Of a stretch of 64,000 bases of DNA, positions 24,293-33,163 are shown piece by piece. Below the pieces are notes generated by a model. The model saw only the letters and a program-made list of their open reading frames with translations. It was not told where the DNA came from and did no database searches. The DNA is from Gammaproteobacteria bacterium (GTDB lineage: Bacteria > Pseudomonadota > Gammaproteobacteria > SZUA-229): NCBI GenBank assembly GCA_041589455.1, contig JBFHVQ010000003.1:7050-71049 (forward strand), read 5' to 3'. Numbering within the stretch: position 1 is the first letter of the stretch; every line of letters begins with the position of its first letter. Both the position numbers and the translations under genes were made by a program.

Positions 24293-24449
24293 AGCATGTG
24301 TTCAAGTTAATGTGGGAGGCCAGTTTAAAGGTTGTAAAAATAGAAAGGCAACTGGAATTGCAAATAGATGGACGGGTTGGATTAAGGAGAGGTTGCCGGC
24401 CCCTACTCCCTTAGGCGACCAGCTAAGTTGTTACGCTTTTTAGTTATAG

Positions 24450-25688
24450 TTATCTGGGTTTTTCTACGCGGTCATGCTTCTTGATTGCCCGGGTAGATTT
24501 AAGAATTAGGCCATAACTTACCTGGTCGTAAACTTTGAATAACATCATAATGCCGCTTCTTTCGTTTGGCAGTTGGATGTCAAGTTTGGTTTCGTCGCCC
24601 CGTTTCAGGCTAGTCTGATCAAGGAAGCGATCTCGTGCATAGCCACCATAATGATAAGTGGCAAGCAGGTGACCTGTTTCCAGGCCGTGATTGCTGCCAC
24701 GATTAATAACAGCAATCTGGTACTTGGCGACAGAAGAAATGGCATCGAACAGAGAAATGATCTGCCCATTAACTTCCTTCATAGGTAGTTGAGGGTAGTA
24801 CTGCTGACTTATTTCGCCTTTATCTGTAGGTAACAGACGGTCACCCAATAATACCTCACGAGTTGTCTCGTCGAGTATGGCGGTTGATGGAGTGCCAAAA
24901 CGGGTAATTCTTGCCTGGCCAGCATAAATCACTTCAAAGCCAAGCAAATCACCGGTTTCAGGATCCTCAAGGCGCTTGCCTTCGCGGAATACGCTGTAGC
25001 GTACACGTTCTTTATCAATTTCACCGCGAACATAGACCTTGTTATTTGAGCCCAGGATCAGATGGTCGTCGTCACTACCCACAATATAAGGGGCTTCATT
25101 CCAGGCTTCTGAGCTAATTACTCGGGGTCGAGCCAGAAATTGACGAATTGAGTCTGCAGGTATACTGGGAATTGCTTCATTGAGTGACTGTCGGTGAACT
25201 CTGGGGCTCAATTTAATACGCTTTGTGCCACCTTCACCAATGAGTTCGCGTCGGATTACATCACTAGTGCCACCTTCGCCAGGGCGCTGATGGGTAATGC
25301 GTGGCATGCCATCAACATAAATAAGTGTCAGTATGTCGCCAGGATAAATCAGGTGGGGATTGGCTATCTGTGGGTTGCGTTGCCAGATTTCTGGCCAGTA
25401 CCATGGGTCTCTGAGGAAAAGGCTTGCAATATCCCAGAGCGTATCGCCTTTTTTCACGATATACTCTTGGGGGTAATCGGCAACGACCTGGATATTTTGT
25501 GGTGGGGTGGGCGTTACAACAGGGGCTGCCTGTGTTGCTTCAATGCTGCCAGATTGCGGTGTGAAGGCACTGTCATCTTCGGTTATTTCCTGCTTGGTTG
25601 AGGTGCTGCTACAGGCAGAGAGTGCGATAGCTGAGGCAAGTAACAGTGCGATGTTTCCACAACTGAACCTGAGTGCTTTTATATCCAA
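24450..25688 (-). CDS. LysM-domain peptidoglycan-binding lipoprotein (TsaP-like; conserved neighbour of def/dprA)
   Basis: LysM motif YIVKKGDTLWDIASLFLRDPWYWPEIWQRNPQIANPHLIYPGDILTL. Lipoprotein signal ...LLLASAIALSAC. I chose the TTG at 25688, preceded by GGGGA. The track ORF extension to 26000 would overlap def and has no support. Confidence 0.8.
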   Translation of the reverse strand: MDIKALRFSCGNIALLLASAIALSACSSTSTKQEITEDDSAFTPQSGSIEATQAAPVVTPTPPQNIQVVADYPQEYIVKKGDTLWDIASLFLRDPWYWPEIWQRNPQIANPHLIYPGDILTLIYVDGMPRITHQRPGEGGTSDVIRRELIGEGGTKRIKLSPRVHRQSLNEAIPSIPADSIRQFLARPRVISSEAWNEAPYIVGSDDDHLILGSNNKVYVRGEIDKERVRYSVFREGKRLEDPETGDLLGFEVIYAGQARITRFGTPSTAILDETTREVLLGDRLLPTDKGEISQQYYPQLPMKEVNGQIISLFDAISSVAKYQIAVINRGSNHGLETGHLLATYHYGGYARDRFLDQTSLKRGDETKLDIQLPNERSGIMMLFKVYDQVSYGLILKSTRAIKKHDRVEKPR

Positions 25689-25842
25689 GGTAAAATCCCC
25701 ATATATATCCGTGGTTTTCAAGAGTTTAGCTGATAAACTTGAATTAATGAAGTAAGTTTGTACAGTAATTGGAAGATAATAGTCATTATTCCTGTAAATT
25801 TCAGTGCAAAAGTTAAAATAGTTGGTAGAAAAGGTAAGAGAA

Positions 25843-26349
25843 ATGGCATTGTTGGAGATTCTTAAGTTCCCTGATGAACGTCTGCGTACACGTGCAAAGC
25901 CGGTTGAGGCGGTCACTCCTGAGGTGCAGCAGCTGGTTGATGACATGTTTGAAACCATGTACGCAGCACCTGGAATTGGTCTTGCGGCAACCCAGATCAA
26001 TGTTCATCAGCGAATCGTGGTTATCGATACCTCATCAGAGAAGGATCAGCCATTGTGTTTTATCAACCCGGAAATTGTTGCTAAAGACGGTGTTGAGCAA
26101 TATGAAGAAGGCTGTCTTTCGGTGCCGGGTATCTATGAAACCGTTGAACGTGCAGAACATATAAAAGTTAAGGCGCTAAATAGAGAAGGCGAGCCATTTG
26201 AGCTGGAGACCGGTGATTTACTGGCGATTTGTATTCAGCATGAGCTGGATCATCTGGAAGGCAAGCTGTTTGTTGATTATCTCTCCCCATTAAAGCGAAA
26301 TCGAATCAGAAAGAAACTGGAAAAGCATTATAAAACGGCGGATATGTAG
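25843..26349 (+). CDS. def: Peptide deformylase
   Basis: [15 protein letters not shown]...GIGLAATQI...EGCLSVPG...QHELDHLEG contains all three PDF motifs. The start at 25843 is an internal Met of the track ORF. Confidence 0.95.
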   Translation: MALLEILKFPDERLRTRAKPVEAVTPEVQQLVDDMFETMYAAPGIGLAATQINVHQRIVVIDTSSEKDQPLCFINPEIVAKDGVEQYEEGCLSVPGIYETVERAEHIKVKALNREGEPFELETGDLLAICIQHELDHLEGKLFVDYLSPLKRNRIRKKLEKHYKTADM

Positions 26350-27323
26350 TGAGCAGTTCGGAACCATTGAAAATAATATTCGCTGGTACGCCAGACTTTT
26401 CTGTGCCACCCCTGAAGGCGTTAATTGATTCTCCCCATGACGTGATCGCGGTATTTACCCAGCCGGATCGTCCGGCAGGACGAGGTCGAAAGTTGACGCC
26501 CAGCCCGGTAAAAGCCTGTGCTCAAGAGCATAATATCCCGGTTTATCAGCCAGAGAAATTAAAGTCTGATGAAGAGCAGTCGATGGTGCTAGGGCTTAAG
26601 GCTGACCTGATGGTCGTGGTTGCCTATGGCATTATCCTGCCGAAGGTTGTGCTGGATGCACCGCGTCTGGGCTGTATTAATATTCATGCCTCCTTATTGC
26701 CTCGCTGGCGTGGTGCGGCACCGATTCAGAGGGCGATTCTGGCGGGTGACAGGGTAACGGGGATTACCATTATGCAAATGGATGTGGGACTGGATACCGG
26801 CGATATGCTTCATATTCGAAACTGTGAGATAGAAGCTACGGACACGGGCTCCAGCTTACACGACCGTTTGTCGGTGCTGGGTGCTGAGGCGTTAATGGAA
26901 GCGCTACCGGCGATAGCAGATGGCACTATCGAAGCGGTTAAGCAGGATGATAATGCAGCCAATTATGCGCAGAAGCTGCATAAGTCAGAAGCGCTGATTG
27001 ACTGGTCAAAACCGGCGCCTGAGATTCTGTTGCAGGTAAATGCCTTTAATGCTTGGCCGGTTGCACAAACACCGGTTGATATAAAATCAAATGGTAAGCC
27101 AGAGATGATGCGGATATGGCAGGCGGAGGTAATTGATGATCAGCGACAGGATGCGCCTGGCAAGGTGGTCAATTGCAATAAGCTGGGCATTGATGTAGCT
27201 ACAGGGCAGGGCCTGTTACGTTTGAAAACAATTCAGATGCCGGGGAAAAAACCCATGGAGGTTCAGGCTTTTGTTAACTCAGTTGACCTTACTGGGCAGT
27301 TATTGGGTACATCGGCCAGCTAA
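26349..27323 (+). CDS. fmt: Methionyl-tRNA formyltransferase
   Basis: 324 aa, IIFAGTPDFSVPPLKAL...HASLLPRWRGAAPIQRAI. The GTG start overlaps the def stop by 1 nt. Confidence 0.95.
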   Translation: MSSSEPLKIIFAGTPDFSVPPLKALIDSPHDVIAVFTQPDRPAGRGRKLTPSPVKACAQEHNIPVYQPEKLKSDEEQSMVLGLKADLMVVVAYGIILPKVVLDAPRLGCINIHASLLPRWRGAAPIQRAILAGDRVTGITIMQMDVGLDTGDMLHIRNCEIEATDTGSSLHDRLSVLGAEALMEALPAIADGTIEAVKQDDNAANYAQKLHKSEALIDWSKPAPEILLQVNAFNAWPVAQTPVDIKSNGKPEMMRIWQAEVIDDQRQDAPGKVVNCNKLGIDVATGQGLLRLKTIQMPGKKPMEVQAFVNSVDLTGQLLGTSAS

Positions 27324-27350
27324 TGCGCTTTTATTCACCTCAGGGTATAT

Positions 27351-28700
27351 ATGTCTGAATCCAACGCATCTTCCCCGCAGGAAACCTCTATTGCATCACG
27401 CAAAGTCGCATTGAATTTATTGCTGGCGGTTCTTAAAGAGGGACAATCATTAAGTTCACTGTCTTCAATGACAGATTCCTTGTCGAGTCGTGATGCGGCA
27501 TTTGCACGTATGCTGTGTTATGGCGTGCTACGTTTTTATCATCAGATAAAGGGGATATTGCAACCGCCATTGTTGCAGAAAAGCCTGAAAAAGAAGGACA
27601 TGGATATCGAACTGGTATTGATGATCGCGATATATCAGATTCTCTACAGCCGTGTGCCAGACTATGCCGTGGTGGATGCGGCGGTAAAACAGGTGCAGAA
27701 ATCGAAAAAGAAGTGGGCCGGCCGCCTGGTTAATGGTGTGTTACGAAACTTTATTCGACAAAAAGATTCTTTATTGCAGCATCTACAAAAAAGTGATGCT
27801 AATTACGCGCATCCAGAATGGCTGCTTGAGGCCATTCGAAATGACTGGCCGCAGCACTGGAAGCAGTTGTTACAGGCAAACAATGTGCAGCCGCCGATGA
27901 TGTTGCGAATTAACCAGCAGAAGAAAAGTGTGCAGGATTATCTTGAGGAGTTACCTGACTTAACTGAAGCGAGTGCGGTCAAGGGACTGGCGAGTGCTTT
28001 ACAATTAAAGCAGGCAACCGATGTGGTGCAGTTACCCGGGTTTGAGCAAGGGTGGCTTTCCGTGCAGGATGCCGGTGCGCAAATGGCAGCACAATTACTG
28101 GCACCAGAAGCCGGGGACAGTATTCTTGATGCCTGTGCTGCGCCGGGCGGCAAGACGGCTCACCTGTTTGAATTGCAGCCAAAGATTAAGTTAACCGCGC
28201 TGGATATTTCAGAACAGCGTCTTGAGCGGGTCAGAGAAAACTGCCAGCGTCTGGGCTTTGATGCGGAATTAATCACTGCAGATGCGGCCGATGTGGAAAG
28301 CTGGTGGAATGGAAAAACATTCGACAAGATATTGCTTGATGTGCCCTGTTCTGCCACCGGTGTCATTCGGCGGCATCCTGATATAAAACACTTGCGTCGT
28401 GCAGAAGATATTCAGGAGCTTGTGAAAGTGCAAAGAGAGATACTGCAGAAGTGTTGGCCATTGCTAAAACCGGGAGGGCTGCTACTGTATGCAACCTGCT
28501 CAGTACTAAGAGCAGAAAATCAGCAACAGGTTGAATGGTTTCTGGGGCAGATGGATGATGCTTGCCTGCTACCTGTACCGGCATGGCTGGAGCAGTATGA
28601 AGCGCAGGAAAATATTCAGCAACTGGATACCGGTGTGCAGTTATTGCCGTTAAATCCGCTGAATGATGGTTTTTACTATGCTTTACTACAAAAGAAATAG
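27351..28700 (+). CDS. rsmB: 16S rRNA (cytosine967-C5)-methyltransferase
   Basis: 449 aa with an N-terminal NusB-like domain. SAM-MTase motifs are DACAAPGGKT and LLDVPCSATGVIRRHPD. def-fmt-rsmB-trkA synteny. Confidence 0.92.
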   Translation: MSESNASSPQETSIASRKVALNLLLAVLKEGQSLSSLSSMTDSLSSRDAAFARMLCYGVLRFYHQIKGILQPPLLQKSLKKKDMDIELVLMIAIYQILYSRVPDYAVVDAAVKQVQKSKKKWAGRLVNGVLRNFIRQKDSLLQHLQKSDANYAHPEWLLEAIRNDWPQHWKQLLQANNVQPPMMLRINQQKKSVQDYLEELPDLTEASAVKGLASALQLKQATDVVQLPGFEQGWLSVQDAGAQMAAQLLAPEAGDSILDACAAPGGKTAHLFELQPKIKLTALDISEQRLERVRENCQRLGFDAELITADAADVESWWNGKTFDKILLDVPCSATGVIRRHPDIKHLRRAEDIQELVKVQREILQKCWPLLKPGGLLLYATCSVLRAENQQQVEWFLGQMDDACLLPVPAWLEQYEAQENIQQLDTGVQLLPLNPLNDGFYYALLQKK

Positions 28701-28784
28701 CCGATAGGCTGATATAGCACTGGAAACTATCACTGAATTGCGTACACTTCGCTTCAGGTTGTAATCTGAACAAAAAGATTAACT

Positions 28785-30161
28785 ATGAAAATTCTGATTC
28801 TAGGTGCAGGTCAGGTAGGCTCCTCCGTAGCCTCCAATCTGTCATCTGAAGCTAATGACATCACACTGGTGGATAATCACCAGGATGTTCTTAATGAACT
28901 GCGTGATCGTCTGGATATCCAGACCGTGACGGGTAACGCTGCACATCCCAATATTTTAGAGCAGGCCGGTGTCCAGGATGCGGACATGCTAATTGCTGTG
29001 ACCAATAGTGATGAAGTTAACATGGTGGCCTGTCAGGTTGCCTGGACCCTACATCATACACCCACCAAAATTGCTCGTATTCGATCTGCACAGTATCTCA
29101 AACACAATGAGATATTCCGCGGTAATGCAGTGCCCATCGATGTCATTATCAGTCCCGAAGAAATCGTTACCAATTATATCTTCAATATAATTGAGTACCC
29201 CGGTGCATTGCAGGTGCTGGATTTTGCCGATGGCAAAGCAGTACTGGTTGGCATGCGTGCTTATTACGGTGGGCCACTTGTCGGGCATCAATTAAGCGAT
29301 TTGCCTAAACATACGCCGGGCACAGAAACACGCGTCGCTGCAATTTATCGACGTGGACGTGCAATTATTCCTCGTGGTCATACAGTTATTGAAGCAGGAG
29401 ATGAGGTTTTCTTTATCGCAGCACGAGAAGATATTCGTGTTGTTATTAGGGAAATGAGAAAACTTGATAAACGTAATAAGCGAATCATTATTGCCGGCGG
29501 CGGTAATATTGGTAAGCGTCTAGCTGAACGCCTTGAAGAAAGGCATCAGGTGAAAATTGTTGAGCGTGATTCGAATCGTGCATTTCATTTGTCACAGACA
29601 CTGAATAAATCAGTTGTCCTGTTAGGTGATTCTGCTAATGAAGAATTACTGCTGGAAGAAAATATCGATAGCATGGACGTTTTCTGTTCGGTGACAAATG
29701 ATGATGAGGCAAATATCTTATCCGCGATGCTGGCTAAGCGATTAGGCACTCGAAAGACGATGTCATTAATTAATCGTCCAGCATATGTCGATTTAATGGA
29801 AAACCAGGAAGCAATTGATGTTGCTATATCGCCAGAGCAAGTGACCATTGGTGCGCTTTTAACCCATGTTCGGCGTGGCGATATTGTGGCCGTACATTCC
29901 TTAAGACGAGGAGCGGCTGAAGCAATAGAAGCGATTGCGCATGGCGATAATAAAACGTCGAAAGTAGTCGGGCGATATATTGAAGAAATCGAACTGCCAG
30001 AAGGCACAACTATTGGCGCCATTGTGCGCGGTGATCAGGTCATTATCGCGCATCATGATACAGTCGTTGAATCAGAAGACCACGTAATTATGTTCCTGGT
30101 TGATAAAAGAAAAATCCATGATGTGGAACGCTTGTTCCAGGTTAGTGTGACATTTATTTAG
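28785..30161 (+). CDS. trkA: Trk system K+ uptake protein TrkA (tandem RCK/KTN)
   Basis: 458 aa, MKILILGAGQVGSSVA..., with a second Rossmann repeat at IIIAGGGNIGKRLA. Confidence 0.93.
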   Translation: MKILILGAGQVGSSVASNLSSEANDITLVDNHQDVLNELRDRLDIQTVTGNAAHPNILEQAGVQDADMLIAVTNSDEVNMVACQVAWTLHHTPTKIARIRSAQYLKHNEIFRGNAVPIDVIISPEEIVTNYIFNIIEYPGALQVLDFADGKAVLVGMRAYYGGPLVGHQLSDLPKHTPGTETRVAAIYRRGRAIIPRGHTVIEAGDEVFFIAAREDIRVVIREMRKLDKRNKRIIIAGGGNIGKRLAERLEERHQVKIVERDSNRAFHLSQTLNKSVVLLGDSANEELLLEENIDSMDVFCSVTNDDEANILSAMLAKRLGTRKTMSLINRPAYVDLMENQEAIDVAISPEQVTIGALLTHVRRGDIVAVHSLRRGAAEAIEAIAHGDNKTSKVVGRYIEEIELPEGTTIGAIVRGDQVIIAHHDTVVESEDHVIMFLVDKRKIHDVERLFQVSVTFI

Positions 30162-30171
30162 GGCGAGTATT

Positions 30172-31623
30172 TTGTACTTCACTGTAATACAGCGGATATC
30201 TGGTATTTTGTTAATGTTGTTTAGCTTTACGCTAATACCACCAATGCTGATTGATGTGTTATATCAGGAGCAGGCTTTTGATTCATTTGCAAGATCGTAT
30301 TTTATTTTACTTGGGACAGGCCTGGTTATCTGGTTGCCAGTAAAAAATGTTAAAAAAGAATTGCGTTTAAGAGACGGATTCGTAGTTGTCGTCCTATTTT
30401 GGTTTATTCTGAGTATGTCTGGCTCCTTGCCTTTTATATTCAATGAGCAAATCGATATAAGTATTACGGACGCCGTATTTGAATCTGTGTCAGGCTTAAC
30501 AACAACAGGTGCCACTGTATTAATGGGTTTAGATGAATTGCCGCATTCCATACTGTTTTATCGGCAAGAGCTGCAATGGCTCGGTGGTATGGGCATCATC
30601 GTCCTGGCAGTTGCCGTGTTACCAATGTTAGGCATTGGTGGTATGCAGTTGTATAAGGCGGAAACGCCAGGCCCAATAAAAGACAATAAGCTGACTCCTA
30701 GAATTACCGAAACGGCCAAAGCACTTTGGTATATTTATTTAAGCCTCACAGCAGCATGTGCGTTTGCCTACTGGTTTGCGGGGATGAGTGTATTTGATGC
30801 GATATCTCACAGTTTCTCAACAGTAGCAATTGGTGGTTTTTCAACGCATGATGAAAGCTTGGGTTACTTTGATAATGCGGCAATAGACATTGTGGCGATT
30901 ATCTTTATGTTTTTAGGAGGAGTAAATTTTGCGTTGCACTTTCTGGTTTTCAGAAGCTGGAATTTGAAATCTTATGTTAAAGATACGGAGTTTAAAGTTT
31001 ACTTCTCAGTGTTATGTATCGTATCGATAATCACTGTAAGCTATTTGCAAATTACATCATCTACTGCAGGCTTTAGTGAATCGCTATTACAAGGTGTGTT
31101 TCATGTGGTGTCTATTGGAACAACAACCGGATTTGCTGCATCAGAATATTATTTATGGCCGACGTTCCTGCCGGTTTTATTATTGTTTACCAGTTTTATT
31201 GGTGGTTGTGCAGGTTCCACCGGTGGTGGAATGAAAGTGATCAGAGTTATTCTATTGCTTAAACAGGGGTTGCGTGAGATGACTCGTCTGATACACCCAA
31301 GCGCATTAATAACGGTAAAAATTGGTAAGAAGCCAGTAGATAACTCAGTTATTGATGCGGTCTGGGGCTTTTTTGCCACCTATGTTGCGGTGTTTGTAAT
31401 TATGATGTTGTTATTAATGGCAGCAGGACTTGATCAAATTACCGCGTTCTCTGCAGTAACAGCGACGCTAAATAACCTGGGTCCAGGCCTAGGTGAAGTT
31501 GCATCTAATTACGCTTCAATTAATGATTTTTCAAAATGGGTTTTATCGATAGGGATGATTCTGGGGCGACTTGAGATCTTTACATTGCTGGTATTACTAA
31601 CACCTGCTTTCTGGAGAAAATAG
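30172..31623 (+). CDS. trkH: Trk system K+ uptake protein TrkH
   Basis: 483-aa polytopic membrane protein with TrkH-type pore loops (SGLTTTGATV, VAIGGFS, GTTTGFA, NNLGPGLG). Confidence 0.92.
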   Translation: MYFTVIQRISGILLMLFSFTLIPPMLIDVLYQEQAFDSFARSYFILLGTGLVIWLPVKNVKKELRLRDGFVVVVLFWFILSMSGSLPFIFNEQIDISITDAVFESVSGLTTTGATVLMGLDELPHSILFYRQELQWLGGMGIIVLAVAVLPMLGIGGMQLYKAETPGPIKDNKLTPRITETAKALWYIYLSLTAACAFAYWFAGMSVFDAISHSFSTVAIGGFSTHDESLGYFDNAAIDIVAIIFMFLGGVNFALHFLVFRSWNLKSYVKDTEFKVYFSVLCIVSIITVSYLQITSSTAGFSESLLQGVFHVVSIGTTTGFAASEYYLWPTFLPVLLLFTSFIGGCAGSTGGGMKVIRVILLLKQGLREMTRLIHPSALITVKIGKKPVDNSVIDAVWGFFATYVAVFVIMMLLLMAAGLDQITAFSAVTATLNNLGPGLGEVASNYASINDFSKWVLSIGMILGRLEIFTLLVLLTPAFWRK

Positions 31624-32183
31624 TGCCCGACTGGGATTTGTGGTATGCAGAAAAAGCGGTACAAGATGCAAAGGCATCAAGAGTGCTTACCGAAAATGCT
31701 CATCTACTGCCAAAGTCTGGCGTTGCGCTAGATTTTGCCTGTGGACTTGGTGGGAATTCGAAATATATGGCCCAGCGTGGCTGTAAGGTTGTGGCGTTAG
31801 ATAAGTCAGGAGTAGCAGTAGAAAAGCTAAGCCAGTTCGCCGCAGATAAGCAGCTAAATATAAATGCAATATGCCATGACCTGGAAGAAAGTGTTCCAGC
31901 CTATCAGGAAGAGTTTGATGCCATAATAGTGAGTTACTATTTGCATCGACAATCGCTACCGTTAATAGAAAAAATGTTAAAAAAAGGTGGGCTATTGTTT
32001 TACCAGACATTTAGTGGGCCGCAGCTTTCTGGTGTTGGGCCGTCTAATCCAGAATACAGGCTACATAGGGGTGAGTTGCTCGAAGTTTATAAGAATATGG
32101 AATTGTTGGTTTATCATGAAGCGCCGTTCGATGATTTTGAGAATTCGATGGCTGATCAGGTGTTGTTTGTGGCCAGAAAATGA
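31623..32183 (+). CDS. Class I SAM-dependent methyltransferase (TehB-like, substrate unknown)
   Basis: 186 aa with SAM-binding motif I, ALDFACGLGGNS. The GTG start overlaps the trkH stop, and the stop overlaps the next gene's start (ATGA). Confidence 0.7.
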   Translation: MPDWDLWYAEKAVQDAKASRVLTENAHLLPKSGVALDFACGLGGNSKYMAQRGCKVVALDKSGVAVEKLSQFAADKQLNINAICHDLEESVPAYQEEFDAIIVSYYLHRQSLPLIEKMLKKGGLLFYQTFSGPQLSGVGPSNPEYRLHRGELLEVYKNMELLVYHEAPFDDFENSMADQVLFVARK

Positions 32184-33145
32184 GTAAACAAAACGATAAA
32201 AAAATCAGTATGAGTAAAAGCTCACGACATTATGATACAAGCTTTAAGTTGGAGTATTTAATGCCTGAGTACTGGTTTACCTGGGTATTAATTGTGTTTC
32301 TTTATTTTCTATTTTTAATGCCGACTATGATACATGAGCAGTTTGCAAAAATATTAGGTGCTCTTGCATATAAATTTAATAAAAAACGTCGGAATATTTC
32401 TAAAGTGAATTTAGGGCTGTGTTTTCCAGAACGTTCAGAAGGTGAGCTACAGAAAACTGTAAAAAGAAACTTTCGACATCAGGCGAGAAGTATATTGCAT
32501 TATGGGTTAATCTGGTGGGCGTCACAGTCTGTGCTTAATAAGCGAATACGTATTGAAGGTGAAGAGAATATTCGGTCGTCATTAAATAATCAGAAATCGG
32601 TAATTGTTATGGCGGCACATAGTTATGGTCTGGAGGCAGCTGTTGCAGCAACTTCAATAAGATACCCGATTAGCGGGCCGTTTAATCCGATAAAAAATAA
32701 ATTAATTGACTGGTTTATTGCAAAAGGTCGCGCACGACATGGGGCTCGCATATACACAAGAGAATCTGGTTTGCGACCAATAATAAAAGATGTGCGAGCA
32801 GGCTGCGTGATGTTTTATTTGCCTGATGAGGATTTAGGACCAGACCGGTCTATTTTTTCTTCTTTTTTCGGTATTCAAAAAGCCACGGTTCCTGTTCTTG
32901 GGCGATTAGCTAAGTCATGTAATGCTGATGTAATACCCTGTATTGCCTGTTACGATGGCGAGAATGAACAGTATGTTATTCATTACTTGCCAAAATTAGA
33001 AAATTTTCCTAGCGGCGATGACTATCGAGATAGCCAGGCAATGAATAATGAGCTGGAAAGCTTGATAAAAATATGCTCAGAGCAATATTTCTGGACTATG
33101 AAGCTGTTCAAGACGCGACCTCAGGGGGAGTCGCGTTTATATTGA
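32180..33145 (+). CDS. Lipid A biosynthesis late (lauroyl/myristoyl) acyltransferase, LpxL/LpxM family
   Basis: 321 aa that can be aligned by eye to E. coli LpxL: N-terminal TM segment, NLGLCFPE, HS(x4)E catalytic motif AAHSYGLE, PDEDLG, and C-terminal EQYFWTMKLFKTRP. Confidence 0.85.
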   Translation: MSKQNDKKISMSKSSRHYDTSFKLEYLMPEYWFTWVLIVFLYFLFLMPTMIHEQFAKILGALAYKFNKKRRNISKVNLGLCFPERSEGELQKTVKRNFRHQARSILHYGLIWWASQSVLNKRIRIEGEENIRSSLNNQKSVIVMAAHSYGLEAAVAATSIRYPISGPFNPIKNKLIDWFIAKGRARHGARIYTRESGLRPIIKDVRAGCVMFYLPDEDLGPDRSIFSSFFGIQKATVPVLGRLAKSCNADVIPCIACYDGENEQYVIHYLPKLENFPSGDDYRDSQAMNNELESLIKICSEQYFWTMKLFKTRPQGESRLY

Positions 33146-33163
33146 ATAATTAAGTTTTTTCAG

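Noticed and set aside
23970-24443. 157-aa ORF on the plus strand
   Set aside because: It lies almost entirely antisense to the well-supported dprA gene. The translation is low-complexity and Ser/Arg-rich, with no start context, which is typical of a shadow ORF.
25689-26000. N-terminal extension of the LysM-protein ORF (the track gives 516 aa starting at 26000)
   Set aside because: The extension would overlap def on the opposite strand and precede the lipoprotein signal peptide. The TTG at 25688, with GGGGA upstream, gives a protein that starts at the signal sequence.
28363-28773. 136-aa minus-strand ORF, plus the 27938-28366 and 29585-30022 minus-strand ORFs
   Set aside because: These are antisense to rsmB and trkA, whose translations carry clear family motifs. 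The antisense frames do not.
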